A stretch of 36,331 nucleotides of DNA, taken from a virus. Its lineage: Duplodnaviria; Caudoviricetes. Location of the stretch: IMG/VR virus record IMGVR_UViG_3300030372_000875, positions 1-36,331 of that record; one strand, written 5' to 3'. Both the position numbers and the translations under genes were made by a program. Shown piece after piece: positions 1 through 7,988 of the stretch (position 1 is the stretch's first letter; each line of letters starts with the position of its first letter). A model generated the notes under the pieces. That model was not told the origin of the DNA. It searched no databases and worked only from the letters and a program-made list of their open reading frames with translations.

Positions 1-86
1 TACAGAGATTTGCTACTTTGAGGGATGAAGTAAATCAGAAAGCGAAAGAGGCAAAAGATGCAAAATCCAACAGCAACAATCAGTGA
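1..86 (+). CDS. 3' end of a small conserved phage protein (partial), probably the gene that follows the portal
   Basis: Frame starting at position 3 reads QRFATLRDEVNQKAKEAKDAKSNSNNQ* with TGA at 84-86 and overlaps the next ATG at 58. The position upstream of the head genes is inferred. Confidence 0.55.
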   Translation, partial: QRFATLRDEVNQKAKEAKDAKSNSNNQ

Positions 87-2862
87 GCAACAAGCTAATG
101 TAATGGGCAATAATCCCAACGATGCTTTACGAAACGCTAGTGTAAACCAAGAACAAAAGAAAAAAGACATAAAACAGAAAGCTATAAAAGATGCTACAGG
201 AGGTAAAAAAGATACCAATGTAGATGTTGCTAAATTAAACAACCCAGAAGATTTGTTAGATAAATATAAAGATACGCAAAGACTCTTTGCTCAAGAAGGT
301 GTAATACCTGTAAAAGAAAATGATGATACATCTCCTTTATTTATAGAAAATCAAAACTATTTACAGAATTATCATAACAATGTTCTTGAGAATCAACAGG
401 CTTTAATATCAGAAGATGAAGAGGGAAGACCAAAGGTATCCACTATGTTATTGTCTGAAGTAGAGCATAAAGGAAAAACTTATGTACTACCTTCATATGA
501 TCCTACTACTCAATCACAATTAACCGAACCAACAGATATACTTAATTTAAATAAAGAAGCTATAGACCAAGGATTAGTAAAAGGATATGACTCTCTAGAT
601 AAAGCTGTTGAAGATCGTATTAAAATAAGAAATAATATATTACAATCTTTTGATGCTTTAGATTATATTGATTCTATGTTTGGTGACGCAACAGAAATGT
701 TGCCTGAAAGAAAAATACAAACGCCAGAGCAAAAAAGAGATGCTGCATTAGAAAGAAATAAAGATGCTAGGAAGTTAGGGCTAGAAGAAGGCGGACTAAC
801 TGAAAACAATGATGATACACTTGGTGCTACAGAAAAAGAAGTAGCTGATGATATACCTGCTCAGATATCTGAGGGGGAATTAGTTGTACCTGCTAATGTA
901 GTTCGCTATCATGGTTTGTCTACTTATGAATCTTTACGTCAATCAGCTCTACTAGGTTTAGAAGGATTAGAAGATGAAGGCCAACTAAAGAAAGTTGATG
1001 AGAATGGTATTCCTGTAGAGGAAGACAAAGAAAAAGATAAAGACGATAGTGATGTAAAAGTACAAACTGTTAAAATGTTAACAGCTAAAGATGGTGGCTT
1101 TCCTGATATAAGTGGTGATGGTAAAGTAACACGCAAAGACATTCTTATGGGTAGAGGTGTAAATCTACAAGAAGGTGGTGTGGTTGATAAAGATAAAACA
1201 ATAACAGATATGCGAGCACGATATGATCCAAAAATGGAGATTAGAGATGACCTTCGTACATTACCTGTTGATCCTATGCCTATCATTAGACCAGGTAGAG
1301 GTAGATCTAGAACTATACCTGACAGAGATGATCCTACTAAAGGCACTATGATAACACCTGAAAGAAAAGAGTATAGGGTAACTATGCCTGATACAAAAAT
1401 AACAGCAGAAGGTCCTAGAACACAAAACATTGTAGGTGGTGATTACACAGGTGATCCTAACTTACCTGGCTTTGGTGTAGATAAAGGAACAGGTGGAGGA
1501 GATAAAAAAGATTTAGGCGATAAAATAATAGATGAGTTAACTCCTTATGCAAAAGCAGGCTTAACTATAGGAGCATTAGATTTACTATTTAATCAAGGAA
1601 AAATAACATCACAAGCATTTAATTGGGCAAGAGAAAATATATTTACTGGTGAAGTATTTAATCCTGATAATTGGCAATTGTTTAAAGATGGTAAACTAGC
1701 CATAAGATATACAGGTCCTAGTGGTGGAGCAGGTGCAGGTGCAGGTGCAGGAACAGGTGCAGGAGCAGGAGCAGGAGCAGATTCTATTACATCCCAAATA
1801 TCACTCGTAGATGGAAAATATATTTTTAACGGAGAAGCGTACAATTCATTTGGTGAAGCATTTGATGCTGCAAAAGCACAAGGAGGTTCTACAGCTAATG
1901 TAACAACAGGATCACAAGGTGTATGGAATTGGAGAACAGGTTTAGCAGCTTTTGGTGCAGGATTATCACTATATGATATTATAGAAAATGGACCTAGTGT
2001 TGCAAATGTTTCAGGACTAGGATACTCAACAGGAGTGTTAGCACAAAGTGGAGTATTTGGTGGAGCAGCAGCAGCAAAAACAGCAACAGGCACAGCATTA
2101 GGTGGTGCAATAACTGTCTTAGGTTATGTAGCACTAGCTGCAGGCTTAGTGCAAATGTTTAGTGGCCCTCCTTCTAATAAAGTAGGGGAAGCTGCATATA
2201 ACTTTGATAATCCAGAATATAATGCAGATGATATTCTATCAGGTGGTTTTTGGACTAGAAAAAGAAGCGATGAAAATATTAATGGTGCTAGAGACATAGT
2301 TGCTACTATAGGATCATATGTTAATTCTTTAGAAGAATCTTTAGAGATTAATATAGGTGGAGAATTATTTATCGATGTAGGCAATAGAGAAGGTCTTCGT
2401 TATGGTTATGTTGAAGGCTATGATGAATTGGGTATGTACAAATACCATAAAAAAGATCTTGATTATCAGTTACTACATGGTCCAGGACAAGTAGGAAAAG
2501 GGTTTAGAGGAGAAGATTCAGTCACACAATTAATGGATCAAATTAATGATGATGTAAATGTTCTTACTATGTTTGCATTAGCCGATAAAGCTGCAGGTGG
2601 AGAAGGTTATGCAACATTTGATAAGATAGGTGAATATCGTGATAAGATAAATGTTTTAAGTACATATAAACCTGCAATGGCAGGATCAAATAATAAAGCA
2701 GTATTAACTGAACAAGAAAGAAATATACTACAAGGATTTCAACAGAAAGAGTTTGCAAAAGTTACAGGTGAAGAATTAGCAGTTGTTCTTACATTATATG
2801 ATAAGATTAAACCTGTTCATAACCAAAATCAATACCAAGGATTTAGTTATCAAGGTATGTAA
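58..2862 (+). CDS. Large virion-associated/putative internal (ejection) protein, 934 aa
   Basis: Long ORF in the head module. Contains the DDIPAQISEGELVVPANVV motif I recall from marine podophage proteins, xxxGG repeats, an EF-hand-like loop, a (GA)n linker and Gly/Ala-rich hydrophobic helices. Confidence 0.6.
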   Translation: MQNPTATISEQQANVMGNNPNDALRNASVNQEQKKKDIKQKAIKDATGGKKDTNVDVAKLNNPEDLLDKYKDTQRLFAQEGVIPVKENDDTSPLFIENQNYLQNYHNNVLENQQALISEDEEGRPKVSTMLLSEVEHKGKTYVLPSYDPTTQSQLTEPTDILNLNKEAIDQGLVKGYDSLDKAVEDRIKIRNNILQSFDALDYIDSMFGDATEMLPERKIQTPEQKRDAALERNKDARKLGLEEGGLTENNDDTLGATEKEVADDIPAQISEGELVVPANVVRYHGLSTYESLRQSALLGLEGLEDEGQLKKVDENGIPVEEDKEKDKDDSDVKVQTVKMLTAKDGGFPDISGDGKVTRKDILMGRGVNLQEGGVVDKDKTITDMRARYDPKMEIRDDLRTLPVDPMPIIRPGRGRSRTIPDRDDPTKGTMITPERKEYRVTMPDTKITAEGPRTQNIVGGDYTGDPNLPGFGVDKGTGGGDKKDLGDKIIDELTPYAKAGLTIGALDLLFNQGKITSQAFNWARENIFTGEVFNPDNWQLFKDGKLAIRYTGPSGGAGAGAGAGTGAGAGAGADSITSQISLVDGKYIFNGEAYNSFGEAFDAAKAQGGSTANVTTGSQGVWNWRTGLAAFGAGLSLYDIIENGPSVANVSGLGYSTGVLAQSGVFGGAAAAKTATGTALGGAITVLGYVALAAGLVQMFSGPPSNKVGEAAYNFDNPEYNADDILSGGFWTRKRSDENINGARDIVATIGSYVNSLEESLEINIGGELFIDVGNREGLRYGYVEGYDELGMYKYHKKDLDYQLLHGPGQVGKGFRGEDSVTQLMDQINDDVNVLTMFALADKAAGGEGYATFDKIGEYRDKINVLSTYKPAMAGSNNKAVLTEQERNILQGFQQKEFAKVTGEELAVVLTLYDKIKPVHNQNQYQGFSYQGM
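1726..1779 (+). repeat. GCAGGW hexamer repeat encoding a (Gly-Ala)n linker
   Basis: ggagcaggtgcaggtgcaggtgcaggaacaggtgcaggagcaggagcaggagca encodes GAGAGAGAGTGAGAGAGA. Confidence 0.9.
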
Positions 2863-2869
2863 CTTTTGC

Positions 2870-2919
2870 GTATTGGCTACCGATCACCCTGTGTAAACAG
2901 CTACTGGTTGCCCTGATAC
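2870..2919 (+). promoter_or_regulatory. Structured RNA leader hairpin abutting the scaffold gene RBS
   Basis: Stacked stems GTATTG/TGATAC, CGATCA/TGGTTG and CTGT/ACAG, with a GTAA (GNRA) loop and two CTAC/CC internal loops. AAGGAG follows at 2920. Confidence 0.65.
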
Positions 2920-2931
2920 AAGGAGACTAAA

Positions 2932-3810
2932 ATGTCAGAAACTAACGAAGAAGTCAAAGTTACCAAAGACGAAAAAACAGGTGACACAATAATGAAGAAA
3001 CCTACAAGGTATAAAAGACTAGAGCCAACAGCTCAAGAACTTGCTGCCGAAGAGGAATTAAAAGCTAGAGAAGAAGCTAACGGTCTTGCTACTGAAGAAG
3101 TAGAAGAAGTAGCTGCTACTCCAGAAGAGGAGTCTTTTAAGAAAAGATATGGAGATCTTAGAAGACATGCTCAAAAACAAGCAGATGATAAAGATAAAGA
3201 AATTGCTGCATTAAAGCAACAGTTATCACAAGCTACAGAAAAACAGATTAAGCTACCTAAGACTGATGAAGAATTAGATGCATGGTCTGCTGAGTATCCT
3301 GATGTTGCTAGGATTATTGAAACAATTGCTATTAAGAAATCAAAAGAGATGAATAAAAACATTGAAGATAGATTAGAAAATCTAACTCAAAAAGAATTAA
3401 AATCATCTAGAGATTTAGCTGAAAGAGAATTATTATCAATACATCCTGATTTTGAAGAAATTAGAAACGATCCATCATTCCATGATTGGGCAGAAGAACA
3501 ACCTGATTACATTCAAAAAGCATTATATGATAACGAAACAGATGCAAAAGCTGCAGCACGTGCTATAGATTTGTATAAAGCAGATAAAGGTATTAAGAAG
3601 AAAAGAAAATCTTCTAAGTCAGCTGCTCAAAATGTTTCTGTTAAAGGTGGATCACAGCCTTCTGATAATGCTTCAATAGGTGAATCTATTAAAGAATCAG
3701 ATGTAGCTAAGATGACAGCACAAGAATATGAAGCTAATGAAGAAAATATAGCTAATGCAATTCGTTCTGGTAGTTTTGTTTATGATATAAGCGGAGCTGC
3801 TAGACAGTAG
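2932..3810 (+). CDS. Capsid scaffolding protein
   Basis: Acidic coiled-coil protein directly upstream of the MCP, with FKKRYGDLRRH and HPDFEEIRNDPSFHDW motifs typical of podophage scaffolds. AAGGAG RBS. Confidence 0.8.
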   Translation: MSETNEEVKVTKDEKTGDTIMKKPTRYKRLEPTAQELAAEEELKAREEANGLATEEVEEVAATPEEESFKKRYGDLRRHAQKQADDKDKEIAALKQQLSQATEKQIKLPKTDEELDAWSAEYPDVARIIETIAIKKSKEMNKNIEDRLENLTQKELKSSRDLAERELLSIHPDFEEIRNDPSFHDWAEEQPDYIQKALYDNETDAKAAARAIDLYKADKGIKKKRKSSKSAAQNVSVKGGSQPSDNASIGESIKESDVAKMTAQEYEANEENIANAIRSGSFVYDISGAARQ

Positions 3811-3812
3811 AT

Positions 3813-3836
3813 ATAGGTTGACAAAACCTATTTTTT
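3813..3836 (+). terminator. Weak intrinsic terminator after the scaffold gene
   Basis: ATAGGTT-gacaa-AACCTAT hairpin running into a T-tract (3831-3836), 2 nt after the TAG stop. Confidence 0.5.
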
Positions 3837-3847
3837 GTATATATATG
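3818..3847 (+). promoter_or_regulatory. Putative sigma70-type promoter for the capsid operon
   Basis: Perfect TTGACA at 3818-3823, followed 16-18 nt later by TATATA/TATATG, an imperfect -10 lacking the final T. Confidence 0.45.
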
Positions 3848-3856
3848 TTACATATA

Positions 3857-4016
3857 TACTACACTCGTAGTAGGCCGAATGTTGTCAAATACGTTTGACA
3901 TTTTCCCACCCTACATTTTATCAAACGAAATTCAACTCAGGCTACCTGATGTTATGGCCTCTAGGCATAGACACCCATAAAACTCATCAGCCCTTACGAT
4001 GTCGAGTTATCGTTTG
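3857..4016 (+). ncRNA. Structured cis-regulatory RNA candidate in the major capsid 5' leader
   Basis: Hairpin 3870-3914 (TGTCAAA-TACG-TTTGACA apex). Nested stems 3922-4016: CAAACGA/TCGTTTG, AACTC/GAGTT, CTGATG/CATCAG, TTATGG/CCATAA, TCTA-GGCA-TAGA. Confidence 0.65.
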
Positions 4017-4048
4017 TTGGCCCTTAATTATATTATAGGAGATACAAA

Positions 4049-5122
4049 ATGGCCTTTAAAGTAGCGTCAGGTTATCAAAACCTACCTAATGGTAATTTCT
4101 CTCCAGTCATTTACAGTCAAAAGGTTCAGCAAGCATTTCGTAAGAGTTCTGTTTCTGAGTCAATTACTAATAATGACTACTTTGGAGAAATTGCAAACTT
4201 TGGTGACACAGTTCGTATCATCAAAGAGCCTGAAATAACAGTTAAAGAATACGCTAGAGGTACTCAAATCGTTCCACAAGATTTAGACGATGAGGATTTC
4301 AGCTTAGTTGTTGACCAGGCAAATTACTTTGCTTTTAAAGTAGATGACATTGAGGAAGCTCATTCTCATATTAACTTTGAAAGCATGGCATCAGATCGTG
4401 CAGGCTATCGACTCCGTGATCAATATGACCAAGAAGTTTTAGGATATTTATCTGGATATAAACAATCCTCTTTAAGCGCAGCAGCAGGAGCAGTAAACGA
4501 TGTCGTTTCTGGTACTAAAGCTGTTGGCACTGCAGGAACAGATGAACTTCTTTCTTCCATGAAGCTGATTAAAAGTAGTTTTGGAAACATTACTACATCT
4601 TCAGCAGGGGATCATTCAATCCCACTAGCAATTAGGCTACCAGGTGCAACATCAGTTGCAACTGCTACAGCCACACCTTTACAGGTTGTTGCTAGAATGG
4701 CTAGACTTCTTGATCAACAACAAGTTGATAAAGACGGAAGATGGCTCGTAGTAGATCCAGTGTTCATTGAATTACTTGCAGACGAAGACTCAAGATTACT
4801 TAACAATGATTACCGAAATAAAGGTGATCTAGAAAGTGGTCTAGCAGTTGGACAACTACATGGATTCGATGTATATGTTTCAAGCAACCTACCTTCAGTT
4901 GGAACTGGTCCTGCAACCTCTGGTTCAGCAAACCAAAATTCTAACTATGGTGCGATTGTTGGTGGACATAGTTCAGCAGTTGCTACTGCTTCTCAGATCA
5001 ATAAAGTAGAATCTTACAGAGATCCTGATTCATTCGCTGACATCGTCAGAGGAATGCAGATGTATGGAAGAAAGATACTTAGACCTGAAGGCATTGTGAC
5101 AGCTAAATATAACGCAGCGTAA
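4049..5122 (+). CDS. Major capsid protein (HK97 fold)
   Basis: NFSPVIYSQKVQ, GEIANFGDTVRIIKEPEITV and YRDPDSFADIVRGMQMYGRKILRPE motifs. 357 aa, follows the scaffold, AGGAG RBS. Confidence 0.93.
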   Translation: MAFKVASGYQNLPNGNFSPVIYSQKVQQAFRKSSVSESITNNDYFGEIANFGDTVRIIKEPEITVKEYARGTQIVPQDLDDEDFSLVVDQANYFAFKVDDIEEAHSHINFESMASDRAGYRLRDQYDQEVLGYLSGYKQSSLSAAAGAVNDVVSGTKAVGTAGTDELLSSMKLIKSSFGNITTSSAGDHSIPLAIRLPGATSVATATATPLQVVARMARLLDQQQVDKDGRWLVVDPVFIELLADEDSRLLNNDYRNKGDLESGLAVGQLHGFDVYVSSNLPSVGTGPATSGSANQNSNYGAIVGGHSSAVATASQINKVESYRDPDSFADIVRGMQMYGRKILRPEGIVTAKYNAA

Positions 5123-5135
5123 AGGAGATTAACTT

Positions 5136-5672
5136 ATGGCAACTTATGACTTAACAGCTAAATCCACTACAGGCGTTAGTGCTGACTCAAACACCAATTT
5201 TCCTGCTAGTGTAAACCCAGGTGCTTACGTTATAGAAAAAGAATTAGATATTGCTAAACTAGTTTCAGATGGAACTTTTTCCAATGTTACTAGTGGTGAT
5301 GTCTTTCAATTACTAGAAGTTCCTGCTAATACTATTGTAGTAACAGCAGGTGCTAACGTAACTACTGCTTTTACAGGTGGCTCTGCTGCTGCAGATATTG
5401 ATTTTGCAGGAGGAGATGACATCGTAGACGGTGGTGACTTAACATCAACTGGCTACCTCGCAGCAGGTTCTAACGGTCAAGCTAACATCATCAACACAGG
5501 AGCAGCAAACACATTTACTGCTCTGCAATCAAGTGCAGACACTATTGATGTGACTATTTCTGCAACTGATACTAACTGTGTTAGTGGAGTACTGAGACTT
5601 TATGCAGTCTGTCTAGATATTTCTTCCCAACAAACAGGAAGAGATGAAGTAGATAGAGATTTATTAGCATAA
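5136..5672 (+). CDS. Putative capsid decoration/minor capsid protein
   Basis: 178-aa beta-rich protein immediately after the MCP, with a strong AAGGAG RBS. Confidence 0.65.
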   Translation: MATYDLTAKSTTGVSADSNTNFPASVNPGAYVIEKELDIAKLVSDGTFSNVTSGDVFQLLEVPANTIVVTAGANVTTAFTGGSAAADIDFAGGDDIVDGGDLTSTGYLAAGSNGQANIINTGAANTFTALQSSADTIDVTISATDTNCVSGVLRLYAVCLDISSQQTGRDEVDRDLLA

Positions 5673-5686
5673 ATTACTACTTAGGA

Positions 5687-5719
5687 GTAGGGGAGATAGG
5701 TATGTACCGTTTCCCCTAC
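5687..5719 (+). promoter_or_regulatory. GC-rich hairpin between the capsid and tail genes (attenuator or split-RBS element)
   Basis: GTAGGGGA (5687-5694) pairs with TCCCCTAC (5712-5719). No U-tract follows. Confidence 0.6.
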
Positions 5720-5728
5720 AAATAAAAT

Positions 5729-6430
5729 ATGGCATATACTTATTTAGATATAACAAATGAAACATTAAAAAGAATCAATGAGGTTCAATTAACTAGTTCA
5801 ACTTTTGCATCTGCTGTTGGAATACAAGGTTTAGCAAAAGATGCAGTTAATAGTTCTCAAAGAGACATATTCATGTCCGAACAAGAGTGGCCTTTTTCCT
5901 ATGCTACAACAAGTCAAACACTTACAGCAGGAACAAAAGAATATTCTTTAACCACAGGGTTTTTAAGTATAGATATAGATACAGTATTAATAGATAGAAA
6001 TGACGATTTAAATGTAAAAGAAACACATTTGATTCCTCTTTCCTATCAAGAATATATAGATAGATATATGGAAAAAGATGAACAAAGAGACTCAGGAGAC
6101 TACGACACTCCTAAATATGTTTATCTAACACCAGATTATAAATTGGGTGTAAGCCCAACACCAGATAAAGCATATGTAATTAAATACACATACTTTAAAA
6201 CAGCAACAGAATTATCATTAGCTACAGATGTTCCAGAAGTTTCAGAACAATTTAAGAACACTTTGATTGATGGAGCTATATATCATTTGTATATGATGCG
6301 AGATAATGCAGAATTAGCTGCATTGTCAAAAAGAAACTTTGATGAGGGTATAGAAAAAATGCGAACTATCTTAATAAATCGTTATATACGAATGAGGGAT
6401 ACTAGAGTATCGCATGTGATCAATGACTGA
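5729..6430 (+). CDS. Head-tail adaptor / tail tubular protein A
   Basis: N-terminal TYLDITNETLKRINE helix and WPF and PTPDKAY motifs. Position after the capsid genes. Confidence 0.75.
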   Translation: MAYTYLDITNETLKRINEVQLTSSTFASAVGIQGLAKDAVNSSQRDIFMSEQEWPFSYATTSQTLTAGTKEYSLTTGFLSIDIDTVLIDRNDDLNVKETHLIPLSYQEYIDRYMEKDEQRDSGDYDTPKYVYLTPDYKLGVSPTPDKAYVIKYTYFKTATELSLATDVPEVSEQFKNTLIDGAIYHLYMMRDNAELAALSKRNFDEGIEKMRTILINRYIRMRDTRVSHVIND

Positions 6431-7988
6431 TAGATTAGCAGTAGCAAAGATACCTTGTAGAGGAGGCTTATACACTAACGAAGACTTTCTAACACTTAGT
6501 GATACAGCACCAGGTTCTGCTACAAGACTTGTTAATTTTGAAGTGTCACCTTATGGTGGCTACAGAAGAATAAGTGGTTACAAATATTTAGATGCATCAT
6601 ATGACAGACCTGCAGGAACAGGAGCAGCATTAGGACTATTTATTTATAATGATGCAATATATGCTGCAAGAAAAGAAGCATCAGGAACAGATTATGATGT
6701 TCTTAAATATGTTTCAGGATCAGGGTGGGCAACAACAAGTTTGACATCTGGTCAATCTGCGACAAGTGTAATTAGAGTTAGAGGGTTAAACCATTCAATA
6801 ACAGGTAACAAATCTTTAATATTAACGGATGGTATTAATTATCCAATGAGATTAGTTACGACAAGTTGGACAAAACTAAATGGTTCAGCAGATGTAGATA
6901 ACGCTGCGTTTGCAGAAGTATATAAAAACAGAATATTTTTTGCAGGCATGAGTCAAAAACCACAATTGCTTGTATTCACTGCACCCAATAGTGATAGTGA
7001 TTTTACAGCAGCAAGTGGTGCAGGAAGTATAAATGTAGGTTTTGACATAATGGGATTAAAGAGATTTAGAGATGCTCTTTATATATTTGGAAAAACAAAC
7101 ATAAGAAAATTAACAGGAGATAGTATAAATTCTTTTGTTATAGAAGAAGTATCTAACAGTGTTGGATGTATATCAAGTGATAGTATAGTAGAGATAGGTG
7201 GTGATGTATTATTTTTAGCACCAGATGGTATAAGAACTATCCAAGCAACAGAAAGAATAGGTGATATTGAATTAGCTACTATATCTAAAAACATACAACA
7301 AACATTAAATTTAATAGATACGGACTTTAATTATAACCAATTATGTGCTACAGTAGTAAGAGAAAAATCACAGTTTAGATATTTATTTGGTAAAAGCACT
7401 TTAACAGCAAAAAATACAACTGGATTTTTAGGAGCTCTTAGAACATCAGATCAAAGGACAGGTTGGGAATTTAGTGAGTTAAGAGGTTTTCAAGCTAATT
7501 GTGCAGTTAGCGGTTACATAGGAGATGATGAATACGTACTACATGGAGATCATAGTGGTTACGTATATAGGCAAGAACAGGGAGGAACATTTCAAGATGA
7601 CAATGTTTTTGCTGTATTTCAATCTCCTTATTTAGATTTTGGTAATACAGAACAGAGAAAAATATTTTCACAGATAACTGTATTTACAAGACCTGAAGGA
7701 GATAATAATTTCTTAGTAACAGCAGATTATGATTGGTTAGATTCTGATTATTCTAGTCCTGATGATTATGCTATAAGTTCATCAGGTGGTTATGCAGAAT
7801 ATAGAGATACGCAAACAACTTACAATACAGCAGGTTTTGTGTATGGTGGTGCTACTAAACCAGTAATACGACAAGCCATACAAGGTTCAGGACACGCTAT
7901 ACAATTTAAGTTTGTTACAACAGCATCTGCAAATCCGTATACCATTTTTGGGTTTGCAGTACAATATGGAGAGGCAGGAGTAAGATAA
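6423..7988 (+). CDS. Tail nozzle / tail tubular protein B (beta-propeller)
   Basis: 521 aa of beta-strand repeats (YKNRIFFAG, FRDALYIFG, IGGDVLFLAPDGIR). Follows the adaptor. Confidence 0.75.
   Translation: MTDRLAVAKIPCRGGLYTNEDFLTLSDTAPGSATRLVNFEVSPYGGYRRISGYKYLDASYDRPAGTGAALGLFIYNDAIYAARKEASGTDYDVLKYVSGSGWATTSLTSGQSATSVIRVRGLNHSITGNKSLILTDGINYPMRLVTTSWTKLNGSADVDNAAFAEVYKNRIFFAGMSQKPQLLVFTAPNSDSDFTAASGAGSINVGFDIMGLKRFRDALYIFGKTNIRKLTGDSINSFVIEEVSNSVGCISSDSIVEIGGDVLFLAPDGIRTIQATERIGDIELATISKNIQQTLNLIDTDFNYNQLCATVVREKSQFRYLFGKSTLTAKNTTGFLGALRTSDQRTGWEFSELRGFQANCAVSGYIGDDEYVLHGDHSGYVYRQEQGGTFQDDNVFAVFQSPYLDFGNTEQRKIFSQITVFTRPEGDNNFLVTADYDWLDSDYSSPDDYAISSSGGYAEYRDTQTTYNTAGFVYGGATKPVIRQAIQGSGHAIQFKFVTTASANPYTIFGFAVQYGEAGVR

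Noticed and set aside
939-2758. Minus-strand ORFs inside the 934-aa gene (and similar ones inside the fibre, ejection and 24.5-27 kb genes)
   Set aside because: Antisense shadows of biased codon usage, with low-complexity translations and no RBS, fully nested in well-supported + strand genes.
5100-5140. Programmed frameshift or read-through fusing the MCP to the next protein (T7 10A/10B style)
   Set aside because: No slippery heptamer at the MCP end, a TAA stop, and the downstream gene has its own strong RBS.
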